From assembly GCA_018817165.1 (NCBI GenBank), contig JAHITY010000114.1, forward strand, positions 17,721-81,720: a DNA stretch of 64,000 nucleotides, in the 5' to 3' direction. The translations under genes were made by a program, and so were the position numbers. The DNA comes from Candidatus Omnitrophota bacterium (GTDB lineage Bacteria > Omnitrophota > Gorgyraeia > B26-G9). A model generated the notes under the pieces. That model was not told the DNA's origin, did not search any database, and was given only the letters and a program-made list of their open reading frames with translations. This document shows positions 29,399 to 39,514 of the stretch, one piece after another. Every line of letters starts with the position of its first letter. Positions within the stretch are counted from its first letter, which is position 1.

Positions 29399-30922
29399 AT
29401 GCGAAAAACTAAAATAAAGCTGGCTATAATAGTTTTAATTGGATTCATGCTCCGTGTTTATAAGCTTGCTGATTTAAGCCTATGGATCAATGAAGCGAAA
29501 GTTGTTTGTTTTGCAAAAAAAGACTTGTTGTCTGTTTTTCAATTCACAGATTTTTATAGGCCAGTTTATCTTCTGTTATCAAGGATTTGGCTGAATGTTT
29601 TTGGGATGGATGAATTCTTCGTTCGGTTGCTTCCAGCTGTGTTAGGCTCTCTTTCAATTATTTTAATGTATAGAATTGGAAGGATGCTATGGGACAGAAA
29701 AACCGGATTAGTAGCTGCTTATATTTTATGCTTATCTGTTTTTCATGTTTATTTTTCTCGTCAAGGAAAAGGTGTTTCTTCTCTTTTGGTTTTTTTGTGT
29801 TTAATATCCTTCCTGTTAATGCTAAAAATACATACTAAAAAAAAGACAAAGTATTATTTCTATATTTTCTTTACTAATATTTTAATTTTATGCTCTCACC
29901 CCGTGGGGATTTTTTATGTTTTTACAGAAAAAATTTGCCATCTATTTTTAAATAATAGAAAGGTAGATATTAAATGGAATATTCTATTAATTGCTATAGG
30001 ATGTGTTTTGTTTCCCTGGTTTTATTATGTGGGATTATTTACTCCTGATAAATTTAGTGTTAATTTTCTTCCTGTTTCATTGCTTGATATAGCTAAATTT
30101 TTTGAGGTTTTTAGTTGCGGCGGACGACAGTTAGTACATGGTGGGGAAGGGTATAAACTGTCTTATGCGAGAATGATTATGCCATGGGTGCTTACATCTA
30201 TTTACTTTTCTATTTTTGTTTCAGAGCTGTTTTGTAATAAAAATAAGATAAAGAATGTATTGTTGGTATGGTTGCTGTTGCCTTTAATCTTAATTTTAAC
30301 ATATTCTTATTTTATTCAGCCGATTTATTGGCCGAGATATGTAATCTATTCATTGCCGGCGTTTTATTTGCTTTTGGCTCATTTTATAGCGGGCTTTCGT
30401 AAAGGTTGTGTCATTATTTTAGTTGCGGTTTCCTTTCTATCGATCGGTTCATTAAATAATATTTACAATCCTCAATTTAAAGAAGGTTTTAAAGAGGCAA
30501 CTTATTTTCTAAAAGATAAGTTGAAAAATAATGATATTGTTGTTTTTGCTCCGGCTGAAATGATGGCGGGTATTTTTTATTATCTAAAAAATGACGACTT
30601 GGATATTATGGGTAGAATAGATGATGATAAAGGAATGTTGTTTGATAAAAAATGGGAAACTGATTTTATATTTGAAAATAATAGATTTATTTGTTTGCAG
30701 TTTGATGATATTGCGCGATTTTCAGAGGATTTTAGTTTTGAAAAATATAATTTTGCCGGGGCCCCAGCTGATGGTATCTGGGTTTTTTATGCTCCTGATT
30801 GGGCATTGAATGAAAATTCTAAATGGTTGATTGAGCACTTAGAAGAAAATTATGAGCCTATTTTTAATGAGTTTTTTAAACGTCAAAATTTGTTTTTAAA
30901 ATATTACAGAGTTAATAAATAA
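29399..30922 (+). CDS. ArnT/PMT-like GT-C glycosyltransferase (GT39/GT83-like). A polyprenyl-phosphate-sugar donor is expected.
   Basis: N-terminal region LSLWINE...FYRPVYLLL...FG.DEFFVRLLPAVLGSLSIILMYRIGRMLWDRKTGLVAAYILCLSVFHVYFS matches the characteristic ArnT/PMT N-terminal loop and helix pattern; polytopic. Confidence 0.65.
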   Translation: MRKTKIKLAIIVLIGFMLRVYKLADLSLWINEAKVVCFAKKDLLSVFQFTDFYRPVYLLLSRIWLNVFGMDEFFVRLLPAVLGSLSIILMYRIGRMLWDRKTGLVAAYILCLSVFHVYFSRQGKGVSSLLVFLCLISFLLMLKIHTKKKTKYYFYIFFTNILILCSHPVGIFYVFTEKICHLFLNNRKVDIKWNILLIAIGCVLFPWFYYVGLFTPDKFSVNFLPVSLLDIAKFFEVFSCGGRQLVHGGEGYKLSYARMIMPWVLTSIYFSIFVSELFCNKNKIKNVLLVWLLLPLILILTYSYFIQPIYWPRYVIYSLPAFYLLLAHFIAGFRKGCVIILVAVSFLSIGSLNNIYNPQFKEGFKEATYFLKDKLKNNDIVVFAPAEMMAGIFYYLKNDDLDIMGRIDDDKGMLFDKKWETDFIFENNRFICLQFDDIARFSEDFSFEKYNFAGAPADGIWVFYAPDWALNENSKWLIEHLEENYEPIFNEFFKRQNLFLKYYRVNK

Positions 30923-30939
30923 TATTTAAGGAAAAAGTC

Positions 30940-32829
30940 ATGTGTGGAATTTGTGGTAAATTTTTTTATTCAACGGATAAGCGGGTCAACGAAAAAACTA
31001 TTTATGATATTTGTCAAAGTTTGTATAGAAGAGGCCCTGATGATGAAATCATTAAGGTTTATCGAAATGTTGGATTAGGGATGCGGCGACTTTCGATTGT
31101 AGATGGAGAAAGACAATTATGCTTGAGAAATGAAGATGCTACTATTTTTCTTGTATTTAATGGGGAAATATATAATTCTAAGGATTTTATAAATACCTTG
31201 ATTAGTAAGGGACATAAATTTAATTTTAATAATGATGTTGAGTGTATAATCCATTTATATGAAGAATTTGGGCTTGATTTTATTAGTAAACTAAATGGAA
31301 TGTTTTCTTTAGCTTTATTTGATAGTAGCTTGAATAGACTTATACTTGTTAGGGATAGAATTGGGATTAAACCATTGTATTATAGCGAGATTAATGGGGG
31401 GATTGTGTTTTCTTCGACTCTAAAGTCGTTATTATTAAATAACGAAATATCTAAGGAGTTAGATATTAGAGCATGCAATCATTATTTTTCGTATAATTAT
31501 TTTCCGCTTGAATATACTCCGATTTCTTCAATAAGAAAGCTTTTACCTGGACATTTTTTGGTTTGTGATAATAATGGCTTAAAGATTGAAAAGTTTTGGG
31601 AATTTAGGTATAAAAATAAAGACAGTAAAAAGAAAACTTTGGATGATTATAGCAATGAATTTAAAGTATTATTTAATGAAGTTATGGCAACACAGATTAA
31701 TGCTGATCATTCACCAGGAATATTTTTAAGCGGAGGCCTGGACTCATCGACAATAGCATATTTTCTTTCTAAACAAGGTAAAAATATTAAATCATTTAGT
31801 CTTGGGTTTGCGGAAGAATCTTTTGATGAACGAGAGTATTCAAGGAATATTGCTAATAGGTTTCAGTTTGATTATTATGAGATGGTCGTTAATGAAAATT
31901 TAAATAAACTGGTTGATGATTTTTCAGAAAGTTTGGATATTCCTGTGGGGGAACCTTCGTTTATTAATATGCTTTCTATTTCAGCTTTTTCTGCAAAGCA
32001 TGTAAAGACTGTTTTTTCTGGTGATGGTGCTGATGAATTGTTTGGAGGATATAGCCAGTATTTTGCTGATTCGATGATGCATAATTTTAACTTAGTCCCT
32101 AGTTTTTTAAAAAAAATGATTGTTGATCGTATAATCAATAATTCATCGTTATCTTATTCCTGGATGAATAGAAAGTCTAAGTTTGAGGCCGTCTTAAATG
32201 CTCTTGAAAGAAAGGAAACTATTCCGCACTATATTTTTAGAGAAAATTTCAGTATTGATGATAAATCAGATTTATATTCTAATGTTTTTTACAGCCAAAT
32301 GAAACAAAAAAATCATCTTAATGATCCGTATCTGGTTTTCAAAAAAAAGTATTCGGAGGCAAATACAAATAATTATCTGGAACAAGCCATGTATTTTGAT
32401 ACTACGATTTGTTTACCGGATGGTATGTTGCAAAGGGTCGATATGGCTAGTATGTATCATTCATTAGAAGTGAGAGTTCCGTTTTTGGATAATCGGATTA
32501 TTAATTTTGCTCAATCACTGCCACTTAGTTTAAAGATACGTAATTTGAAGGGCAAGTGTATATTAAAAAACGTGATGTCAGATTCTCTCTCGAAGCACAT
32601 GATTAATCGACGTAAGCATGGTTTTAGTGTGCCAATTGGAAAGTGGTTGAAGGATGAACTGGCAATATTCGCTAAAGATATTGTTAATTCGAAAAATTTA
32701 AGGGGATATGATCTTTTAAATAAGCAATATGTAGTTAATCTTTTGGATGTTCATTTGAAAGGGAAAGTAGATAATGGCAGGAAATTATGGAATATATTAG
32801 TATTTCTATTGTGGTTAGATAATATATAA
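30940..32829 (+). CDS. Asparagine synthase (glutamine-hydrolysing)-family amidotransferase.
   Basis: N-terminal MCGICG nucleophile; PP-loop SGGLDSS; ~630 aa. In glycan clusters, WbpS-like homologs amidate uronic acids. Confidence 0.8.
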   Translation: MCGICGKFFYSTDKRVNEKTIYDICQSLYRRGPDDEIIKVYRNVGLGMRRLSIVDGERQLCLRNEDATIFLVFNGEIYNSKDFINTLISKGHKFNFNNDVECIIHLYEEFGLDFISKLNGMFSLALFDSSLNRLILVRDRIGIKPLYYSEINGGIVFSSTLKSLLLNNEISKELDIRACNHYFSYNYFPLEYTPISSIRKLLPGHFLVCDNNGLKIEKFWEFRYKNKDSKKKTLDDYSNEFKVLFNEVMATQINADHSPGIFLSGGLDSSTIAYFLSKQGKNIKSFSLGFAEESFDEREYSRNIANRFQFDYYEMVVNENLNKLVDDFSESLDIPVGEPSFINMLSISAFSAKHVKTVFSGDGADELFGGYSQYFADSMMHNFNLVPSFLKKMIVDRIINNSSLSYSWMNRKSKFEAVLNALERKETIPHYIFRENFSIDDKSDLYSNVFYSQMKQKNHLNDPYLVFKKKYSEANTNNYLEQAMYFDTTICLPDGMLQRVDMASMYHSLEVRVPFLDNRIINFAQSLPLSLKIRNLKGKCILKNVMSDSLSKHMINRRKHGFSVPIGKWLKDELAIFAKDIVNSKNLRGYDLLNKQYVVNLLDVHLKGKVDNGRKLWNILVFLLWLDNI

Positions 32830-32852
32830 AGCAATTAATCGAAAAATTTATT

Positions 32853-33848
32853 TTAATTCAGTAATTTATTTTTTAGAAGGAAGTAGTTTATTTTTTTAGC
32901 TGCAATTTGATGCGCTATTTCATTAGGATGATGGTCCGTTGGGTTAACCCATAATTGCCGGTCTTTATATGAACGATATAAGGGGGAAAGATCAATAAAG
33001 GCGATATTCTCTTTTTCGCAAAATTGTTTAAGCTTGCTATGAATTGTTTGAAATGGATAATTGTCTAGTTTGTAGAGTAGAGGAAATAAAACAATCATTA
33101 ATCTGCTATTCTTTGCTTCGATTTTTTTATTTAAACTTTTTAGTTTTTCAAAGTTCTTTTTCTCATTTTCGCCCTCAAAGGAATTTATATAAGTAGAAAT
33201 AGTATTTTTAGTTAATTGCTGCTCTTCCTGGAAATTTAAAAAAGCGTTAATTATTGAGGAATATTTTCTAATCTTCCAGTATTTGTATCCGCCATTATTG
33301 AAATCGATCAGGTTATTGCCATGAATTTGGTCTTGGTCGTCCGCCATAAAGTCGTTAAGAGTGAATCCATAAATAACAAGATTAAATGAATTTTTTGATG
33401 ATTCTATATCATATGTTTTTACAATATCGTTTAGATTATCGCCTCTTTTGGCACAGTTTTTTATGTCAGCATCAATATTATTATCTTGTAAAAGCTGTTT
33501 TAATATTTCTAAATAAATGTCTTTATATTTTACTCCTTGCCCATACATAAAAGAATCTCCCAGCCCGAGGATAGCTTTGGTGGTGGAATTCTTACTTGAT
33601 ATATTTTTTTTAGGAGAGATACGATATCCTTCTGGCGAATTATTATAATTTAAGCCATAAATTATAGAATTATTGATAGTTTTGATAGGGATATGATAGT
33701 TTCTGGGATTTGTAAAGTATTCGGTGCTGTTATTGTTAAACATATAATAGGGGGTAGAGTAAATATGTAATAATATTTCAGCACAGATTATGCTAATAAT
33801 GCTGGACAATCCTAATAATATTAGTTTTTTCTTGATGGAATTTGACAT
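32853..33848 (-). CDS. Membrane-anchored SGNH/GDSL-family hydrolase (possible sugar O-acyl esterase or acyltransferase).
   Basis: N-terminal TM helix; GLGDSFMYG (GDS block I); C-terminal DHHPNEIAH (DxxH block V). Confidence 0.55.
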   Translation of the reverse strand: MSNSIKKKLILLGLSSIISIICAEILLHIYSTPYYMFNNNSTEYFTNPRNYHIPIKTINNSIIYGLNYNNSPEGYRISPKKNISSKNSTTKAILGLGDSFMYGQGVKYKDIYLEILKQLLQDNNIDADIKNCAKRGDNLNDIVKTYDIESSKNSFNLVIYGFTLNDFMADDQDQIHGNNLIDFNNGGYKYWKIRKYSSIINAFLNFQEEQQLTKNTISTYINSFEGENEKKNFEKLKSLNKKIEAKNSRLMIVLFPLLYKLDNYPFQTIHSKLKQFCEKENIAFIDLSPLYRSYKDRQLWVNPTDHHPNEIAHQIAAKKINYFLLKNKLLN

Positions 33849-34027
33849 AAATTACTTATAAATTAATTGTATTTGTATAAAAAAAACATAAAAATGAAGA
33901 TATTTAAAGCGTTGCTTTGGGTATATAATTGTGTTAAAATTAATTTCAAGTCTTATGTTTTTAATATTATAGGTTCGATTGAGAATATTGTAAAGTAATT
34001 AATTTAGGAAGTACTAACAAGAATATT

Positions 34028-35395
34028 TTGAAAGAAACCAAACTTTATCTTATAGATCCTTTTGGGTCATCTAATAAATTTCTTCCGCATCGTCATTTTT
34101 TAAGAGATTGGAGTGGTTCTTATAACACTGCTGATATAGTGTTCCCACCCTTAGATCTGATGTATTTGTCCTCATATCTCAAAAAAAATGGCTATCAAAC
34201 TGAAATAATTGAGGCAAGCAACAAACATCTTTCCCCAAATAAGGTTGTCGAGATTTTAATTAAAGCGCAGCCGAATTTTGTTTTGATCCCCAGTACTTAT
34301 TTCAGTATTGAAGATGATAAGGCCTTGGCTAAAATCATTAAAAAAAACGTAGCGAAGGCTAAAATTATATTTTCCGGCCCATTGGTTACCTATGATCCCG
34401 CAGTGGTTTTAGATGAAGATATTGCTGATTTTGTTGCTTTGGGAGAATTAGAATCAGCCGTGATTAATATCGTAGAACAGAGAAATTATGATAATGTTGC
34501 TTTTAAAAAAGACGGCGAAATAATAAGAGGGGATCGTGTTCTGATCGATATTGATACGCTTCCTATCCCTGATAGAGAATCAATAGATAATGATTCATAC
34601 CGATATGCTGTATTTAATAAGCGAAATCCTGTAACAGCAATGACTATAAGCAGAGGGTGTCCGCACAGTAAATGCTTATTTTGTCCATCAGGACTGTTTA
34701 CTTTAGGTGAAATAAGGTATCGGCCAAAACAAGAAATCTTTAAAGAATTAGAAGAGTTGAAAGATAAATATAATATTGGGGAAATATTTTTTAGGGATCA
34801 AGCCTTTACAGCTAATAGAGATCTTGTGGTTGAAATTTGTAACTATATGTTAAAAAATGGTTTTGATATTTTATGGAGAGCGACCACTCGAGTTGATTTA
34901 GTTGATAAAGAATTGCTGTTATTGATGAAAAAGGCTGGCTGTTATCAAATATCTTTTGGATTTGAGACAAATTTGCAGGAAGTTTTGGATGCTAATAAAA
35001 AGGGAATTACTGTGGAACAGTCAAAATCCGCCGCAAAATGGGCTAAAGAAGCAGGGATGGAAATCCTAGGACTTTTTATGACCGGAATGGATAAAGATAA
35101 TGTGAATAATTCCAGAAATCTTTATGAGTTTATGTTGGAGCTAGATGTGGATTATGTGAGTGTTAATAATTGCTTGCTTTTTCCCGGGGCAAGCCTTTAT
35201 AAAGAACATAGTGAAAAATCAAAAATCATTCCTTATCAAGAAGTCAAAAGTAAAGCCGGATTTTCTCCGGAAGTAAGATTTTATATGAGACCGAGCTATT
35301 TATTCAGACAGCTAAAAAAAATCAGAACAATCTCAGATATGAGGTTCATGCTTAAAGCAGGTTTTAATATCTTAATGTCAGGTTTTAGAAAATAG
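34028..35395 (+). CDS. B12-binding domain radical SAM protein. The start codon is uncertain (TTG in the track).
   Basis: B12-binding-like N-terminus (VFPPLDLMYLSSYLKKNGYQTEIIEA); Cys cluster SRGCPHSKCLFC (Cx4Cx2C spacing, atypical). Confidence 0.7.
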   Translation: MKETKLYLIDPFGSSNKFLPHRHFLRDWSGSYNTADIVFPPLDLMYLSSYLKKNGYQTEIIEASNKHLSPNKVVEILIKAQPNFVLIPSTYFSIEDDKALAKIIKKNVAKAKIIFSGPLVTYDPAVVLDEDIADFVALGELESAVINIVEQRNYDNVAFKKDGEIIRGDRVLIDIDTLPIPDRESIDNDSYRYAVFNKRNPVTAMTISRGCPHSKCLFCPSGLFTLGEIRYRPKQEIFKELEELKDKYNIGEIFFRDQAFTANRDLVVEICNYMLKNGFDILWRATTRVDLVDKELLLLMKKAGCYQISFGFETNLQEVLDANKKGITVEQSKSAAKWAKEAGMEILGLFMTGMDKDNVNNSRNLYEFMLELDVDYVSVNNCLLFPGASLYKEHSEKSKIIPYQEVKSKAGFSPEVRFYMRPSYLFRQLKKIRTISDMRFMLKAGFNILMSGFRK

Positions 35396-35449
35396 ATATT
35401 AAAAAAGTTTTATGGATCGCTTGTATGCTAAAAATGGGAGTAGAATAAG

Positions 35450-37048
35450 TTGAAAAAATTAGAACAAATCGATTGTCTGCTGATACATACCCCCAAACTC
35501 AATAATTTCTATAGTTTATATGGAAATTTTATGTTTGTCATGTATATAAGCTATGGATTATTTTCTCTATCTTCTTTTTTAAACAAAAATGGTATTAGTT
35601 CCAGGATACTTCATTTAGGGGTAGAGTATATAAAAGAAGGAAAAATAGATTTAAATAAATATATTCCCAAGAATAAACATATAATTGTTGGTTTGTCCCT
35701 GCATTGGAATCACCAGTCTTATGACGTGATTGAAGTAGCCCGAAAAATAAAATCAATAAATAAAAATGTTTATATTGTTTTGGGAGGTATGACTGCGAGT
35801 ATTTTTGATGTTGAGATATTAGAAGAATTTCCTTTTGTTGATGGAATTATTCGCGGTGACGGGGAAGTGCCATTACTTAAGCTTTTTGACTTTAAAAATC
35901 AATCGGATAAAAACCTAGTGCCGAATTTGACATGGCGCAAAGATAATGAAATTATCAGGAATTCATTGGATTATGTCTCGACAAGTGATGACTTAAATAA
36001 ATATGATTTTGCGGCAATAGATAATTTGATTGATTATGATGTGTATAGAGACCGGATTTTACACATTTTCCATTGCAAAGATATTCCTTTTTTTATGGCA
36101 AAAAATCTTATTGGAAAAGACTATATGTTTTTTCCTCTGCTGGTAGTCAAGGGTTGTACTGCTGAATGCTCTTATTGCGGGGGGAGCTACTCTTCTCAAT
36201 TAAAAATCAGCGGAAGGAAACATATAATTTATCAATCCCCGGAAAAAGTTTTAGAGGCTATAAAGAAGCTGAAAACTTTTGGATTTAATGGAGTTTATAT
36301 AATTTTTGATCCTGTATACGGGCAGCATGATTATTTTTATGAACTTTTTGCCTTTATTTCCAAAAACAAACTTAAAATAGCCTGCGGGTTTACATTGCAT
36401 AGTTTGCCGGAAAATGAATTTTTAAAATTATTTAAAGATACTTTTTGTTCAGAAAAGGGATCTTTTCTAGAAATAACAATAGAGTCTCATGATGAAATCG
36501 TACGGAAGAAAAATAAAAGTTTTTTTTATAGCAATGATGAGTTCTTTGACTTTTTAAGTAGATGCGATAGCTATAATATTCCTTTAAAAGTCTTTTTAAG
36601 CATTGGCATGCCCTTTCAAAATCATAACGAAGAATATTCTAAAGCAAATAATGCGTTTGAAAGAAAAATTAAAAGCTTTAAAAATGCTATAAAAGTCAGC
36701 TATTCTGTTGTTGATATAGATCCGTATTCTCCTGCTTATCTGAATCCGGAAAAGTTTAATCTGGAATTGAAAAAAAATAAATTCACGGATTATTATGCCC
36801 ATCACAAAATATCACATAAGCGCAATTTTCCGGCTGCTGGGTTTTCAGATATAACGCAGATAGTTTTAGGGGATGGGTTTTGTTTTAATGAAGAAAAACT
36901 TATTGATATAAAATGTGAATATTCTTGTCAATTAAATATTTTGTTAAGAAGGATGCATATTAGGCTGCCTTCATTTATTTATAAGAAGATTTGTAAAATT
37001 ATTAGTTTTTTTTGGAGATTTTCTAAGAAAATAGAGGTAAAAATTTGA
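35450..37048 (+). CDS. B12-binding domain radical SAM protein (TTG start).
   Basis: VVKGCTAECSYCGG motif; N-terminal B12-binding-like fold pattern; TTG preceded by GGGAG-like Shine-Dalgarno. Confidence 0.75.
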   Translation: MKKLEQIDCLLIHTPKLNNFYSLYGNFMFVMYISYGLFSLSSFLNKNGISSRILHLGVEYIKEGKIDLNKYIPKNKHIIVGLSLHWNHQSYDVIEVARKIKSINKNVYIVLGGMTASIFDVEILEEFPFVDGIIRGDGEVPLLKLFDFKNQSDKNLVPNLTWRKDNEIIRNSLDYVSTSDDLNKYDFAAIDNLIDYDVYRDRILHIFHCKDIPFFMAKNLIGKDYMFFPLLVVKGCTAECSYCGGSYSSQLKISGRKHIIYQSPEKVLEAIKKLKTFGFNGVYIIFDPVYGQHDYFYELFAFISKNKLKIACGFTLHSLPENEFLKLFKDTFCSEKGSFLEITIESHDEIVRKKNKSFFYSNDEFFDFLSRCDSYNIPLKVFLSIGMPFQNHNEEYSKANNAFERKIKSFKNAIKVSYSVVDIDPYSPAYLNPEKFNLELKKNKFTDYYAHHKISHKRNFPAAGFSDITQIVLGDGFCFNEEKLIDIKCEYSCQLNILLRRMHIRLPSFIYKKICKIISFFWRFSKKIEVKI

Positions 37049-38469
37049 AGGTATTGCTTATTAATCCTGGAATGGACTTAAATAAATTTGGTGGCTTTAA
37101 AAGGTTTATGCAGCCTATGCCTCCGATTGGTTTGGCTTATCTTGCAGGAGTTTTAAAAGAGAATCAGATAGAATTTAAGGTTATTGATGATTTTGCTGAG
37201 AATAGTGGAATCAAAGGTATATGCGAAGCTGTTAAAAACTATTCACCCACAGTGGTAGGTATTTCTTGTTTGACTCCTTCAGCTGATTATGTATTAAGTA
37301 TCGCTCAGAGCATAAAAAGTATCAATAAACAAATAAAAGTTTTAGCGGGGAATCTGCATGCATCTATTTTTGCCGAAGAATTTCTTAAGACCGGCTATGT
37401 GGATATTGTCTTTCACGGAGAATCAGAATATTCTTTTCTTTCAGTAGTAAAATCTATCAGTAATAATGGTGATTTAAGCCAAATCAAGGCTATTTCCTTT
37501 AGAGACAATGATAAAATTAATCATAATTTTGAAAATAAGTTTTTGACTGATTTGGATGCTTTGCCTTATCCTGACTGGGAAAGTTTTCCGATTGATAAGT
37601 ATGGGTTTTTGCCATTTATGGATATTAATAAACCTGCGCTTAGTGTGTTGGCTTCAAGAGGATGTCCGTTTAGCTGTTCATATTGTTCTTTGGTGTATAA
37701 TAATGTTCCATTTAGGAGTAGAGATCATGAAAGGGTAGTTGATGAAATCGAGTTTTTGATAAACAGATATAATGTCAAACAAATTGGATTTGTTGATCCC
37801 ATTTTCCCTTGTAATAAAGAGTATGGGGTAAAATTTTGTCAGAGTATGATAAAAAGAAAGTTGAACAAAAAAATAGTTTGGATCAGCGAGACGCGTATTG
37901 ATTGTGTTGATATGGAGCTTTTAGAATTAATGAGGGAATCTGGCTGCCGTAGATTATTGTTTGGAATCGAAACAGCTAATTTAGATGTAATGGGACAAAT
38001 AAATAAGAATATTCCGCTTGAAAAAATAAGAAAAAATATTTCTTTGGTTAGAAAGGCAGGAATACAAAGCACAGGGCTTTTTATGATTGGGTTTCCGTCT
38101 GAAACAAAAAAAGATATTATGAATACTATAGATTTTGCCAATAAATTAGAACTTGATTTCGCGAAATTTGCGATAACCACGCCTTTCCCCGGGAGCAGAT
38201 TGTTTGTGGATTTTTTCAAAAATAATAAACTCAGGAAAGATTGGGAAAATTATATCACTTATAATCCAGATCCAAGTAAATTAGTTTCAGTGAATGAGAA
38301 ATTAACGGCTCAGGAGTTGATTGATTTGCAAAGAATAGCGCATAGGAAATTTTATTTTAGGATTAAAATGATATTTTGGCATCTTTTTGTGATTAGGACA
38401 GTTAAGTTAAAGGATATGTTTTTTGGTATTGGAAGCTTGTTTTTTCACGGAAAATTTAATAAAAAATAG
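37045..38469 (+). CDS. B12-binding domain radical SAM protein (TTG start).
   Basis: LKVLLINPG...PPIGLAYLAGVLKENQIEFKVIDD; ASRGCPFSCSYC; AGAGG Shine-Dalgarno 8 nt upstream of the TTG; 4-nt overlap with the upstream gene. Confidence 0.8.
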   Translation: MKVLLINPGMDLNKFGGFKRFMQPMPPIGLAYLAGVLKENQIEFKVIDDFAENSGIKGICEAVKNYSPTVVGISCLTPSADYVLSIAQSIKSINKQIKVLAGNLHASIFAEEFLKTGYVDIVFHGESEYSFLSVVKSISNNGDLSQIKAISFRDNDKINHNFENKFLTDLDALPYPDWESFPIDKYGFLPFMDINKPALSVLASRGCPFSCSYCSLVYNNVPFRSRDHERVVDEIEFLINRYNVKQIGFVDPIFPCNKEYGVKFCQSMIKRKLNKKIVWISETRIDCVDMELLELMRESGCRRLLFGIETANLDVMGQINKNIPLEKIRKNISLVRKAGIQSTGLFMIGFPSETKKDIMNTIDFANKLELDFAKFAITTPFPGSRLFVDFFKNNKLRKDWENYITYNPDPSKLVSVNEKLTAQELIDLQRIAHRKFYFRIKMIFWHLFVIRTVKLKDMFFGIGSLFFHGKFNKK

Positions 38470-38477
38470 GTTTATTA

Positions 38478-39514
38478 TGAATAAAAAAGTATTGATTGCC
38501 GGAGGTGCGGGATTTTTAGGTTGCAGAGTGAGTGAGTATTTACTGCAAAATGGATTTGATATAAAAATCATAGATAATACACAGGAGAACGTGTCCATTC
38601 CTGATAGTGTTGAGTTTGTTCGGGGGGATATTAGAGATTATGATTTTTTACAGCAGGAGCTTTTGGGTATAGATTATGTTATTAATGCTATAGGCATACA
38701 ACCGTTTTCTGATTCAAAAGATATCTATTCTGTTAATGTTGAAGGGACGAGAAGTCTGCTTAAAGCATCAAAAGAGCATAGCGTGAAGCGGTTCGTGCAT
38801 ATTTCTTCATCGGCGGTTTATGGGATTCCTGAATTTTCACTTTTGAGTGAAGAGTATCCTTTTAAAGGGAAGGGGGCTCACTGTGAAAGTAAAATATTAG
38901 CTGAACAGAATTGTGAAAGCTTTCGTAAACAAGGGATGGTTGTAACTATTTTTCGGGCACCGCCGCTTATTGGACCAGGAAGGTTGGGAATATTCAGTGT
39001 TTTTTTTAATTGGGTAGAAGAAAAGCGCGCTATACCTTTGATAGGAAGGGGAAATAATAAGATACAATTTTTGGGTGTTGATGATTTATGTGATGCGATA
39101 CTCAAAGCTTTGATGTCTTCGGAAGAGAAGGTCAATGATACTTTTAATATTGGAGCAGAAGATTTTAACTCAATAAAGGATGATTTAACTGCTTTTATTA
39201 AAGGTGAAAATTCTTATGCTAAAATAATAAGTTTTCCTTCGGGCTTCATTAAGTTTATATTGATTGTATTTGAGAAATTAAAAATATCTCCTTTTTATAA
39301 GGGGGTTTATGAAATATTTGATAAAGATATTTCCTTGTCTGTTAAGAAAATCAATAAGCAATTATCCTGGAGAGCAAAACAAAGTAATGTCGATGCCTTG
39401 AGAAGCGGATATAAATGGTATTTAAAGAATAAAGACTTACCAGAATATTTAAAGAATACAAATAGAGGCTATATGAGACAGGGGATTTTAGGAATCGTCA
39501 GAAGATTATTTTAA
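38478..39514 (+). CDS. NAD(P)-dependent epimerase/dehydratase (SDR family). Start moved to the ATG at 38478.
   Basis: VLIAGGAGFLG Rossmann motif near the N-terminus; extended-SDR length (~345 aa). Confidence 0.65.

Noticed and set aside
32830-32852. Intrinsic terminator between the convergent AsnB-like and SGNH genes.
   Set aside because: Only 23 bp of AT-rich sequence with no stable stem-loop; termination must rely on other signals.
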